64,000 nucleotides of DNA from Burkholderiales bacterium (GTDB taxonomy: Bacteria > Pseudomonadota > Gammaproteobacteria > Burkholderiales > JALYOK01). Made by a program: the position numbers and the translations under genes. The stretch spans positions 1,746 through 65,745 of the forward strand of contig JBKJHT010000050.1 of NCBI GenBank assembly GCA_046598945.1, read 5' to 3'. How positions within the stretch are numbered: position 1 is the stretch's first letter; each line of letters opens with the position of its first letter. The notes under the pieces are model-generated. The model had not been told where the DNA came from. It did not search any database and saw nothing but the letters and a program-made list of their open reading frames with translations. Below, piece after piece: positions 8,782-18,008 of this stretch.

Positions 8782-10392
8782 ATGCAACGTTTTGATGTCA
8801 TCGTCATCGGCAGCGGTTTGGCCGGTATGTCCGTCTCGTTGCGCTTGGCCGAACGCGGCAAACGCGTCGCGCTGGTTACCAAACAACAACTCATCGACGG
8901 CGCCAGCAATTGGGCGCAAGGCGGTATTGCCGCGCCGATCGCCGACGACGATTCCACCGACGATCACGTCAAAGACACCATCATCGCCGGCGCCGGTTTG
9001 AACGACGCCGCGGCGACGCGCTTTGTCGTCGAACATGCCAAGGACGCGATCGAATGGCTGGTGGCGCGCGGCGTGCCGTTCACGCGCGACGAAACCAGCC
9101 CGCTCGGTTTTCACCTTACGCGCGAAGGCGGCCACAGCCATCGGCGCATTTTGCATGTCGAGGATGCCACCGGCCATGCGGTGCAACTCACGCTCACGGA
9201 GCAGGTGCAGCGGCAGCCGAATATCACGCTGTTCGAACATCACATCGCCATCGATCTCATTACCGGCAAACGCTTGGGCCGCGACGAACAGCGTTGTTAC
9301 GGCGCCTACGTGCTGGATAAAACCACCGATGAAGTGCTGACCATCGCCGCGCCAAATTCGGTGCTCGCCGCCGGCGGCACGGGGAAAGTTTATCTTTATA
9401 CGACGAATCCCGACATTGCCACCGGCGACGGCGTCGCCATGGGCTGGCGCGCCGGTTGCCGCGTCGCGAACATGGAATTCATTCAGTTTCATCCGACCTG
9501 CTTGTTCCATCCGCACGCGAAATCATTTTTGATTACCGAAGCGGTGCGCGGCGAAGGCGGCTTGTTAAAACTCGCCGACGGCACGCGCTTTATGCCGTCC
9601 CACGACGAGCGCGCCGAGTTGGCGCCGCGCGATGTCGTCGCCCGCGCCATCGATTACGAAATGAAAAAACGCGGCCTCGATTGTGTCTATCTCGACATTT
9701 CGCATAAGCCTGAATCTTTTTTGCGCGAGCATTTTCCCAACATCACGAAGCGTTGCATGGAGCTCGGCATCGACATCTCCAAACAGCCGATTCCCGTGGT
9801 GCCGGCGGCGCACTATAGTTGCGGCGGCGTGATGGCGGATCTGAACGCGCGCACCGATGTCGATAATCTCTACGCCGTGGGCGAAGTCGCCCACACCGGC
9901 TTGCATGGCGCCAATCGCTTAGCGAGCAACTCGTTGCTCGAATGTTTGGTTTTCGGCCAGACCGCGGCGCAAGACATACTCAACTCGGCGCCAGTCGATG
10001 TTCCCGACTTGCCGCCCTGGGATGAAAGCCGCGTCACCGATGCCGATGAAGAAATCGTCATCTCCCACAATTGGGCGGAACTACGCCGCTTCATGTGGGA
10101 CTACGTTGGCATCGTGCGCACCACCAAACGCTTGCAGCGTGCGCAGCATCGCATTAAATTATTGTCGGACGAAATTAACGAGTATTACAGCAATTTCCGC
10201 ATCAGCAATGATTTGATCGAATTGCGTAATTTGGTGCTGAGCGCCGACCTCATCGTGCAATGCGCGCTGGCGCGCCACGAAAGCCGCGGCCTGCATTACA
10301 GCTTGGACTATCCATTTATTGCCGGACAGGCGCTGAACACCGTGCTCACGCCGCCTCGCTCCACCTACGCGCCGCGCGACCGTGCTGGGTAA
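8782..10392 (+). CDS. nadB: L-aspartate oxidase
   Basis: 536 aa. FDVIVIGSGLAGMS FAD fold, ASNWAQGGIAA, C-terminal ARHESRGLHYSLDYP. Confidence 0.95.
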   Translation: MQRFDVIVIGSGLAGMSVSLRLAERGKRVALVTKQQLIDGASNWAQGGIAAPIADDDSTDDHVKDTIIAGAGLNDAAATRFVVEHAKDAIEWLVARGVPFTRDETSPLGFHLTREGGHSHRRILHVEDATGHAVQLTLTEQVQRQPNITLFEHHIAIDLITGKRLGRDEQRCYGAYVLDKTTDEVLTIAAPNSVLAAGGTGKVYLYTTNPDIATGDGVAMGWRAGCRVANMEFIQFHPTCLFHPHAKSFLITEAVRGEGGLLKLADGTRFMPSHDERAELAPRDVVARAIDYEMKKRGLDCVYLDISHKPESFLREHFPNITKRCMELGIDISKQPIPVVPAAHYSCGGVMADLNARTDVDNLYAVGEVAHTGLHGANRLASNSLLECLVFGQTAAQDILNSAPVDVPDLPPWDESRVTDADEEIVISHNWAELRRFMWDYVGIVRTTKRLQRAQHRIKLLSDEINEYYSNFRISNDLIELRNLVLSADLIVQCALARHESRGLHYSLDYPFIAGQALNTVLTPPRSTYAPRDRAG

Positions 10393-11884
10393 AACCGAAC
10401 CGATTTATCTGACGGCGCAGATTCGTCTGATCGAGCGCGCTGCGGTCGACGACAATCCGCGCATCCAACTCATGGAGCGCGCCGGCGCGGCCGCGGCGGA
10501 CATCGCCCGTAGTGTGCTCGGCGAAAACGCCACCCGCATCCTGGTGCTCGCCGGCCCTGGCAACAACGGCGGTGATGCCTACGTAGTCGCGCGTCTTTTG
10601 AAACGCTGGTTTTATCACGTCGATCTGGTGTCGCCGGGCGACCCGACAAAAATCGTCGGCGACGCCGCCGCCGCGTTCACGATGTGGCAAGAAGCCGGTG
10701 GCAGCATCAGCGCCGCCATCCCTACCGATCAACGCTATGACTTAGTAATCGATGGTCTGTTCGGTGTAGGCCTGACACGTGAAATTTCCGGCGCTTATCG
10801 CAAACTGATTGCACAAGTGATCGAGCTCAACGTGCCGGTACTCGCCCTGGATATTCCCAGCGGGCTCGATAGCGATACCGGCATGGTCAAGGGCATCGCC
10901 TTGCCTGCGCGCGACACGGTGACCTTCATCGCGTTAAAACCCGGCCTGCTCACCCGTGATGGCCCCGACTACTGCGGCAACGTGCGCGTCGCCGACCTCG
11001 GACTCGCGGCGGAAGAATATGTCGGCGCCGATGGCCGTTTGCTGCTTGATGTCACGATTAAAAATCTGCTTGGCCCGCGCAAAAAAAATTCACATAAAGG
11101 CCAGTTCGGCGACGTCGCGATTATCGGCGGCGCTGAAGGCATGGTGGGCGCGCCATTGCTCGCGGCGCGGGCGGCGCTCAAGCTTGGAGCCGGACGCGTG
11201 TTTGCCGGCCTGGTTGCAAAGGACGCGCCGAACGTCGATCCGCAATACCCCGAACTGATGTTGCGCGAGGGAGAAGAAATTCTGAGCTTGGCGAACATCC
11301 GCGCCCTCGTCGTCGGGCCCGGCTTGGGCAAATCTGTCGCGGCGAAACGCCTATTGGTGCGAGCCATCGAGACAGACTGGCCGTTATTGATCGACGCGGA
11401 TGCACTGACCTGGATCGCCGCAGAGCCGGACCTGCAACTCGCGTTACACAATCGCGAAGCGACGACGATCATCACCCCCCACCCCGCCGAAGCCGCGCGA
11501 CTCCTTGGCACCCTAACCGGCAATGTGCAAAACGACCGCCTCGCCGCCGCGCGCGAGTTGGTCAATCAACTGCACAGCCATGTCGTATTGAAAGGCGCCG
11601 GCAGCATCTGCATCACCCGCGACGGTAAATGGCACATCAACACCAGCGGCAATCCCGGTCTCGCCAGCGCCGGCATGGGCGATGCGCTGGCGGGCATGAT
11701 CGCGGCTCTGATGGCGCAAGGATTGAGTGCCGAACATGCCATGCTGTACGGCGTTTATCTACACGGCGCAGCGGCCGATCATTGCGTCGCCAACGGCGTC
11801 GGACCCATCGGCCTCACCGCGAGCGAAGTCATCGATGCGGCGCGGCAGGTTATCAATACCTGGGTCGGGAATGGGAATCAATAG
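10382..11884 (+). CDS. nnr: bifunctional NAD(P)H-hydrate repair enzyme (epimerase/ADP-dependent dehydratase)
   Basis: 500 aa. YjeF-N (GPGNNGGDAYV) plus carbohydrate-kinase domain (HKGQFGDVAIIGG, GMGDALAG). GTG start overlapping the nadB end. Confidence 0.9.
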   Translation: MLGKTEPIYLTAQIRLIERAAVDDNPRIQLMERAGAAAADIARSVLGENATRILVLAGPGNNGGDAYVVARLLKRWFYHVDLVSPGDPTKIVGDAAAAFTMWQEAGGSISAAIPTDQRYDLVIDGLFGVGLTREISGAYRKLIAQVIELNVPVLALDIPSGLDSDTGMVKGIALPARDTVTFIALKPGLLTRDGPDYCGNVRVADLGLAAEEYVGADGRLLLDVTIKNLLGPRKKNSHKGQFGDVAIIGGAEGMVGAPLLAARAALKLGAGRVFAGLVAKDAPNVDPQYPELMLREGEEILSLANIRALVVGPGLGKSVAAKRLLVRAIETDWPLLIDADALTWIAAEPDLQLALHNREATTIITPHPAEAARLLGTLTGNVQNDRLAAARELVNQLHSHVVLKGAGSICITRDGKWHINTSGNPGLASAGMGDALAGMIAALMAQGLSAEHAMLYGVYLHGAAADHCVANGVGPIGLTASEVIDAARQVINTWVGNGNQ

Positions 11885-11904
11885 TTAGGCAATCGGCCTG
11901 GCGG

Positions 11905-11934
11905 GGTGGCCTAGGGCCAGAGCCAAGCTGGATG
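11905..11934. repeat. REP-family repeat (GGTGGCCTAGGGCC core plus CAAGCTGGATG)
   Basis: GGTGGCCTAGGGCCAGAGCCAAGCTGGATG. A near-copy, GGTGGCCCAGGGCCAGGCAAGCTGGATG, lies at 13735-13762. The core recurs at 16688, 22824, 28451 and 48796. Confidence 0.65.
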
Positions 11935-11952
11935 CGACTCCCCACACTATTG

Positions 11953-13006
11953 AACGCGTGCGGATGCTCCAGATGAACTGAAGAAAGCCCTCGCGACTTA
12001 CACCGAGAGCGGCGGCACCGGCAAGACGGCGATCGATCAAGCCGAAGCGGTGGCGGTGATGTTGGAGAAGTACGAAGTGTGTTGTGGTTTGTTCCGTGGC
12101 TTCGATTTCTCAAAGTGGAACACAGGCACGCCGCAACATCGGCTCTCGCTTTTCCCGGCCGCGCAGGAACAAATTCTCAAGCAAGATGACGGCAAGGCCA
12201 GGCTGCTGCGGGCGGTGACGGATTGTAGGTCAAGCGTTCGCGCTCGCAGTACCGCATGACGAAGCATTCCGCATCCGCGATGACGTAGGGGTTTTTCAGG
12301 CGGTGCGCGCGGTGCTCGCGAAAAACACGCCGTACGAGCAGAAAACCGACGAAGAGCTGTAGCATGCCATTCGGCAAATCGTTTCTAATGCGATGATGTC
12401 CGAAGGTGTGGTCGACATCTTCGCTGCGGCCGGATTGAAGAAAAAGGACATCTCGATTCTTTCGGACGAATTTTTGGCCGAAGTGCGCGACATGCCTCAG
12501 CGCAACCTCGCGGTGGAATTGCTGCAGAAACTACTCAAGGGCGAGATCAAGGCGCGCGACAAGCGCAACGTCGTGCAGGCCCGCTCATTTGCCGATCTGC
12601 TCGAGCAGGCCGTGCGTAAATACCAGAACCGCGCCATCGAAACCGCGCAGGTGATCGAAACGCTGATCCAGCTCGCCAAGGATATGCGCGCCGCTGCGGT
12701 GCGCGGGGAGAAACTTGGACTCAGCGACGACGAGCTCGCGTTCTACGACGCGCTTGAAGTGAACGACAGCGCCGTCAAAGTTCTGGGCGAACCAACGTTA
12801 CAAAAATTGCCCGTGAGCTAGTCGAAACAGTGCGCAAGAATGTCACCATCGACTGGACCATGCGCGAAAACGTGCGCGCACAGTTGCGCGTGATCGTGGA
12901 ACGCATTTTGCGCAAGTATGGATACCCGCCGGACAAGCAGGAGAAGGCGACGCAGACAGTGCTTGAACAAGCAGAAGTGCTTTCCGCGGAATGGGCAATC
13001 GCGTAG
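11953..13006 (+). pseudogene. hsdR: type I restriction enzyme R subunit (HsdR), C-terminal remnant with multiple disruptions
   Basis: Own three-frame reading gives [36 protein letters not shown]..., then a frameshift near 12228, then [43 protein letters not shown]. Next is TAG at 12360-12362, then [27 protein letters not shown]...LGEPTLQK. A frameshift in the A-run at 12803-12807 follows, then [66 protein letters not shown]. The helicase/nuclease N-terminal ~700 aa are absent. Confidence 0.85.
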
Positions 13007-13126
13007 TGGCCGGGAAATGGAATAGGCTATGTAAATTCACAAGACATGCGGCGATGAAGAGAATGCTTTGCTTTCTAATCACCGAAAGTACCGCGCCGAC
13101 GACGTCCAAAGGCGAAAGATTCCGAT

Positions 13127-13389
13127 GTGGCCCGAGCCTTGACAGAGGTGCATGCTGAACCGATTGTAGTGCGGCCGTTTCGGGAAGGGAATCGCGTTTG
13201 CTGGCGTTCCTGATGGCCTTGCAATCTGGGCTACCGTCATTGGATTTCGGTCCTTTGTCCGGCCGTGGCAAACGCGCGTATATAGCCGGCATTCACGCCG
13301 CATTGGGCCGCGACTACGTGCCGCTGACCAGAATGTTTGCGCGCTTTATCGACCAGTTGCGGCGACGCGCCGTTTCCAATGGGCGATGA
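13127..13389 (+). pseudogene. Fic/DOC-family protein remnant
   Basis: ...EVHAEPIVVRPFREGN followed, in another frame, by LLAFLMALQSGLPSLDFGPLSGRGKRAYIAGIHAALGRDYVPLTRMF. This is the HPFxxGNGRxxR motif region with His changed to Arg and the motif broken by a frameshift. Confidence 0.5.
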
Positions 13390-13734
13390 AGACCTCAATG
13401 CTGGCCGGCGCATCGACACGTATTCCGTTGGCGAATGGGCACGGATGCCTTCGACTGCGGAAAAGGACGGGCACGAGCTGTTTGCGCGCTGCGACTCCAA
13501 GGCGACACCGGCGCGAACTCATGACACGGCCTCGGCATCCGGTGCAACAGATGTTGTTACAGGACAAGCAGTTCATCGCAAAGCTGGCAAAAGTCATCAA
13601 GCAAGCCGCTTGAGTGTTGCCGGAGGGGTAGCAGCGACGTGAGGTACGGACAGAAATTGGCTCAGAAACTTCAAGCCTAATTGTTTTAAGGAGCGCATCG
13701 ATAGTGCCTCTCCAGGCATCCCATCCCACGACCA

Positions 13735-13762
13735 GGTGGCCCAGGGCCAGGCAAGCTGGATG
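13735..13762. repeat. REP-family repeat, partner of 11905-11934
   Basis: GGTGGCCCAGGGCCAGGCAAGCTGGATG, same orientation as the copy at 11905. The two bracket the hsdR/fic remnants. Confidence 0.6.
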
Positions 13763-13827
13763 GGGGCCGTGGCTCAGCGGCAAGATGGGTTTCGCCGAAG
13801 GCTCTACCCATCCTACACATTGCGATC

Positions 13828-14307
13828 CTATTCCCGTTGCCAATGCCCCGACTTACCGCCGATTTTTTCCACCAGCCTTACGCCTTCCATGCGCATGCCG
13901 CGATCAACCGCTTTGCACATGTCATAAATGGTGAGCAACGCGATTTGTACCGCCGTTAGTGCTTCCATTTCCACACCGGTGCGACCGACCGTCTCCGTGG
14001 TGGCTTCGCAATGCACAGCGTGCTTTGTTTCATCTAACGTAAACTCCACCGCGACGCGCGTGAGCGGAATCGGGTGGCACAGTGGAATCAGTTCCCAGGT
14101 GCGTTTCGCACCTTGAATCGCAGCGATGCGCGCGATGCCTAAGACGTCGCCTTTTTTTGCCGTACCCTCTTTCACCATCGCGAATGTCGCCGCTTGCATG
14201 AAGATGCTCCCGACCGCGCGCGCGATTCGATGGGTTTCGGCTTTCGCGGCAACGTCAACCATGTGGGCTTGACCCCGTTCATCGAAATGGGTAAGCGGAT
14301 TTGTCAT
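13828..14307 (-). CDS. moaC: cyclic pyranopterin monophosphate synthase
   Basis: 159 aa, [22 protein letters not shown]...[10 protein letters not shown]...[11 protein letters not shown]...: typical MoaC. Confidence 0.95.
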   Translation of the reverse strand: MTNPLTHFDERGQAHMVDVAAKAETHRIARAVGSIFMQAATFAMVKEGTAKKGDVLGIARIAAIQGAKRTWELIPLCHPIPLTRVAVEFTLDETKHAVHCEATTETVGRTGVEMEALTAVQIALLTIYDMCKAVDRGMRMEGVRLVEKIGGKSGHWQRE

Positions 14308-14351
14308 CGCAAGCTAAGGAACTATAGAGAGAAAGCCGGTATCATAGCACT

Positions 14352-15803
14352 ATGAAATTCATCGCATTATTCACCGCAACTTGCCTGGTGGCGCAACCGA
14401 CGCTGGCGGCAAATGACCTGCCCGATCTGGGCGAAAGCGCGCAAAGCGTGTTCACGCCGCAGCAGGAACGCGCCTTGGGCAACAACATCATGGCGGAGAT
14501 TCGCGCCTACAAAGATTACGACGACGATCCGGAAGTGGTGGACTATCTCAATTCGCTCGGCAATCGATTAGTGTCGAACAGCACCGACCGTGGCCGCGCC
14601 TTTGAATTTTTCTTGATGCGCGATAACACGTTGAATGCCTTCGCGCTGCCCGGCGCCTTCGTCGGGGTGCACTCCGGGTTGCTGCTCGCGGCGGAGAGCG
14701 AATCGGAACTCGCCTCGGTGCTTGCTCACGAAATCGGCCACGTCACGCAACGCCATATTGCACGGCAAATTGCCGGACAAGAGCGAACCGGTTGGGCCAC
14801 GCTCGCTGCGTTGGCGCTGGCAATTCTGGTGGCGCGCTCCAACGCACAAGCGGCGCAGGCGGCAGTCGCCGGCGCGCAGGCAGCGAGTATTCAATCGCAA
14901 CTCGATTACACGCGAGAGTACGAACGCGAAGCGGATCGCACCGGCGTTGAGTTGCTGAGTAAGACCGGTTTTGATGCGCGCGGCGCCGTGTCGTTTTTCG
15001 AGCGCCTGCAACGCAATAACCGCGTCTACGAAACCAACGCGCCGCAATATCTGCGCACCCACCCGCTCACCAGCGACCGCATCGCCGATATTCAAAATCG
15101 CGTCGAGCAACTGCCGATCAAGCAAGCGCCGGACAGTTTGGATTTTCAACTCGTGCGCGCCAAGCTGCGCGCCCTACTCCACCCGACTAAGGATGCCTTG
15201 CGCTACTTCGATGGGCTGCGCCAGGAAGCGCCCAACGCCAGTCACGAGAATGCCGTGGTTGCAAGCTATGGCCTGGCGACGGTGTTACGTCGCATGAATG
15301 ATTTTGCCGGCGCCGAAAAAGCCTTAGCGCCTGCGCGCAAAAAAGCGCCCAACGCACTGACGGAAAATCTTGCGGCGAAAATCAAGCGCGATTTGAAGGA
15401 TCCAAAAGCTGCCCTCGGGATTTATCAAACCGGCCTGGAACAGTTTGGCGACAGCCGTGCGTTGAGTTACGGTTACGCCGAAACCTTGATCGAAACCAAC
15501 GACAGCAAACGAGCGCTGGCGTTTATCGCAGATCGTTTGCTGCTCAGCAGCGGCGACGCGGATCTCTATGATCTACAGGGTAAAGCTTACGCCGCGCAAG
15601 GAAAAAAACTGCTGCAGCATCAATCCCTCGCCGAAGCCTACGTGCGCATCGGTAATCTATCCGCCGCCGTCGACCAACTGCAAATCGCTGCACATAGCGG
15701 CGACGGCGATTACTATCAGCAATCGAGCGTGGAGGCGCGCCTGAAAGAATTACGCACCGAGCTCGCCGCCGAAAATAAACAGAAAAAACCTAAGCCAAAT
15801 TAA
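14352..15803 (+). CDS. M48-family periplasmic metalloprotease with TPR-like C-terminal domain (BepA/YfgC-like)
   Basis: 483 aa. Signal peptide, HEIGHVTQRH (HExxH), helical repeat C-terminus. Confidence 0.85.
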   Translation: MKFIALFTATCLVAQPTLAANDLPDLGESAQSVFTPQQERALGNNIMAEIRAYKDYDDDPEVVDYLNSLGNRLVSNSTDRGRAFEFFLMRDNTLNAFALPGAFVGVHSGLLLAAESESELASVLAHEIGHVTQRHIARQIAGQERTGWATLAALALAILVARSNAQAAQAAVAGAQAASIQSQLDYTREYEREADRTGVELLSKTGFDARGAVSFFERLQRNNRVYETNAPQYLRTHPLTSDRIADIQNRVEQLPIKQAPDSLDFQLVRAKLRALLHPTKDALRYFDGLRQEAPNASHENAVVASYGLATVLRRMNDFAGAEKALAPARKKAPNALTENLAAKIKRDLKDPKAALGIYQTGLEQFGDSRALSYGYAETLIETNDSKRALAFIADRLLLSSGDADLYDLQGKAYAAQGKKLLQHQSLAEAYVRIGNLSAAVDQLQIAAHSGDGDYYQQSSVEARLKELRTELAAENKQKKPKPN

Positions 15804-15810
15804 ACTTTTT

Positions 15811-16176
15811 ATGTCACGTATCTTGAACATGGCCTCTCTCGGCCTCACTTTTATGGTGGGATGCCTGTCGTGCGGGCTCGCCGCCGCAGGCGAAAAAAAC
15901 GAAATGACCGGCCGCGAACTCGCCTTCAGCACTGCGAAAGGTAATTGCCTCGCCTGCCATCAAATCCCGGGCGATCCAGCGGCCGTCACGTCGGCCAACA
16001 TCGGTCCGCCCCTGGCCGCCATGCGGGCGCGCTTTCCCGATCGTGCGCGATTGCGGGCGCAGGTTTGGGACGCCACCGCGTTCAATCCCAACACCGTCAT
16101 GCCGCCGTTTGGTAAGCACAAAGTCCTCAGCGACGACGAAGTTGATAAAATAATCGATTACATTGCAGGTTTATGA
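15811..16176 (+). CDS. soxX: sulfur-oxidation c-type cytochrome SoxX
   Basis: 121 aa. One heme motif CLACH followed by QIPGD...ANIGPPL. First gene of the sox cluster. Confidence 0.85.
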   Translation: MSRILNMASLGLTFMVGCLSCGLAAAGEKNEMTGRELAFSTAKGNCLACHQIPGDPAAVTSANIGPPLAAMRARFPDRARLRAQVWDATAFNPNTVMPPFGKHKVLSDDEVDKIIDYIAGL

Positions 16177-16191
16177 GAGGCGCGAGGCTAG

Positions 16192-16650
16192 ATGAGTAAT
16201 TTACGCAGACTGTTTTTGACTCGATGCGCGGCGTTCGGCGCGGCTATGGTAGTCGGCGCGCTGAAACCGTTGCAGGCGTTGGCAGCGGAGTGGAACAAAA
16301 TTGCTTTCGATGCAAAAACCCTCCCCGAAGCGCTGAAAGGCGCTGGCGTGCAAAACGCCGGCGAGAGCAAGGACATCATCATCAAAGCGCCGGATATTGC
16401 AGAGAACAGCGCCGTGGTTCCGGTGGAAGTGCATTGCAAGATTCCCGGTACGCAAATGATTTATCTTTTCGCGGACAAAAATCCGCAGCCCTTGATCGCG
16501 CAATTTGCCATCGCCGAAGGCATCGAGCCTTACATTTCTACCCGCATCAAAATGGGTGACACGGGCAACATTCGCGTCGTAGTGCAGGCGGGTGGAAAAA
16601 ACTACACCGCGACCAAAGAAGTCAAAGTCACCATCGGCGGTTGCGGTTAG
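16192..16650 (+). CDS. soxY: thiosulfate-oxidation carrier protein SoxY
   Basis: 152 aa. Tat-like signal RRLFLTRCAAFGAAM. C-terminal carrier motif VTIGGCG*. Confidence 0.95.
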   Translation: MSNLRRLFLTRCAAFGAAMVVGALKPLQALAAEWNKIAFDAKTLPEALKGAGVQNAGESKDIIIKAPDIAENSAVVPVEVHCKIPGTQMIYLFADKNPQPLIAQFAIAEGIEPYISTRIKMGDTGNIRVVVQAGGKNYTATKEVKVTIGGCG

Positions 16651-16687
16651 CGAGGCAGCACGAATTTGTCGCACGCCTTACCCTCAT

Positions 16688-16735
16688 GGCCCTAGGCCAC
16701 CCCTTAACCCTCTCCCTCTGGGAGAGGGTTAAGGG
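16688..16735. repeat. REP elements inside the soxY-soxZ spacer (GGCCCTAGGCCACCCC core plus 16-bp-stem hairpin)
   Basis: CCCTTAACCCTCTCCC (16701-16716), loop TCT, GGGAGAGGGTTAAGGG (16720-35): a perfect 16-bp stem. Track ORF 16641-16829 (LTLSLWERVKGEG) is its translation artefact. Confidence 0.75.
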
Positions 16736-16813
16736 TGAGGGTACAGCCTCGCCGAACGGATTACCGTTACAAATTACGTATCGCAAAGCAGCAATTTTTG
16801 GAGAACAAGACAT

Positions 16814-17146
16814 ATGGCTGATCCGATGAAAATCCGCGCACAAGTTGCGGGCGACATGGCGGACATCAAAATTCTGATGAATCATCCCATGGATACAGGA
16901 CGCAAGAAAAACGACGAAGGCGAATGGGTCATGGCGTCGGCCCCGCATTTCATTCAGCAAGTCACCATTACGCTGAACGGCAAGACCGTCGTCGATGGCC
17001 AATTCGGATCGTCCATCTCGAAGAACCCTTTCCTTGGTTTCAAAGTGAAGGGCGCGAAAGTCGGCGACGAGTTGATCGTGACCTGGGTCGACAACAAAGG
17101 CGATCAACGCACCGATAAAACCAAGCTCGAAGCGAAGCCGAGTTAG
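16814..17146 (+). CDS. soxZ: thiosulfate-oxidation carrier complex protein SoxZ
   Basis: 110 aa, MADPMKIRAQVAGDMADIKILMNHPMDTGRKK...HFIQQVTITLNGKTVVDGQFGSSISKNPF. Confidence 0.9.
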   Translation: MADPMKIRAQVAGDMADIKILMNHPMDTGRKKNDEGEWVMASAPHFIQQVTITLNGKTVVDGQFGSSISKNPFLGFKVKGAKVGDELIVTWVDNKGDQRTDKTKLEAKPS

Positions 17147-17150
17147 CCCC

Positions 17151-18002
17151 ATGTCACGGAAGTTTGTGTTGCGCTGGGCTGCTTTGATTTCATTGGCGGC
17201 GATTGCCTTCGGCTCTGTCGCAGTCAACACCCAGACCGATCCCGAACAAGATCGTCTGGCGTTTGTCGAACTTTATCAAAAGAAATTTCCCGAGCGGCCG
17301 CCTGGCGACTATGTGTTTGGCGCGCTCATGCTGAGCGAGGATGCCAGGCAGCAATACGACAGCATTATGGAATGGCCGCCGTTCGCGCCGGTGATCGACG
17401 CCGGCAAAGAGATGTGGGAGAAACCATTCAAAAACGGCAAAACCTACGCGGACTGTTTTCCCAACGGCGGGAAAATGGTTGCGGGCGACTATCCGCAATA
17501 CGACGCCAAGCTCGGCAAGATCGTCAACTTCGAGATGGCGATCAATCACTGTTTGCTCGCCAATGGCGAGACAGCGCTGAAGATTTCCGACATGAAAACC
17601 ATGGGCGTGCTGATGTCCTACGCGCGCACTTTGTCGGACGGTATGAAAATGAACATAAAGGTCGATAGTGCCGCCGCACTGAAAAAGTTTGAAGCCGGAA
17701 AGCGGTTCTTCTACACGCGCCGCGGCCAGTTGAATTTTGCCTGCGCCTCGTGCCATGTGCAGAATGCGGGAAACATTTTGCGCACGGAAATTCTCTCGCC
17801 CACCGTCGGCCAAGCGACCCATTGGCCGGTGTTTCGGGGCGGCGACAACTTAAATACTATCCAAGCGCGTTACAAACGCTGCCTTGAGCAAATTCGCGCC
17901 GTGCCGTTAGAGCAAGGCGGCGAGGACTTCAACAATTTGGAATACTTTCATTCCTATTTGAGTAACGGCCTGCCGCTCAAAGCATCGGTCTATCGGAAGT
18001 AA
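17151..18002 (+). CDS. soxA: sulfur-oxidation c-type cytochrome SoxA (monoheme type)
   Basis: 283 aa. Single CASCH motif. ...ATHWPVFRGGDNLNTIQARYKRCLEQIR... The first heme site is degenerate (AINHCLLANG). Confidence 0.9.
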   Translation: MSRKFVLRWAALISLAAIAFGSVAVNTQTDPEQDRLAFVELYQKKFPERPPGDYVFGALMLSEDARQQYDSIMEWPPFAPVIDAGKEMWEKPFKNGKTYADCFPNGGKMVAGDYPQYDAKLGKIVNFEMAINHCLLANGETALKISDMKTMGVLMSYARTLSDGMKMNIKVDSAAALKKFEAGKRFFYTRRGQLNFACASCHVQNAGNILRTEILSPTVGQATHWPVFRGGDNLNTIQARYKRCLEQIRAVPLEQGGEDFNNLEYFHSYLSNGLPLKASVYRK

Positions 18003-18008
18003 GACGCA

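Noticed and set aside
8752-9516. 254-aa ORF antisense to nadB (similar cases: 44463-45173 opposite the hydratase, 46296-46901 opposite GST, 55897-56628 opposite leuC, 18195-19196 opposite soxB, 20315-20929 opposite the macA-like adaptor gene (19709-20851))
   Set aside because: These are long antisense ORFs typical of high-GC genes. Their composition is Arg/Gly/Ala-rich with no motifs, and the sense-strand genes are unambiguous.
13390-13827. Track ORFs 13346-13843(-), 13386-13613(+) and 13337-13642(+) downstream of the fic remnant
   Set aside because: They overlap in multiple frames, contain a REP-like segment (GTAGGATGGGTAGAGCCTTCGGCGAAACCCATC) and have no motifs. Only the tail ...QQMLLQDKQFIAKLAKVIKQAA looks protein-like, which is too little to annotate.
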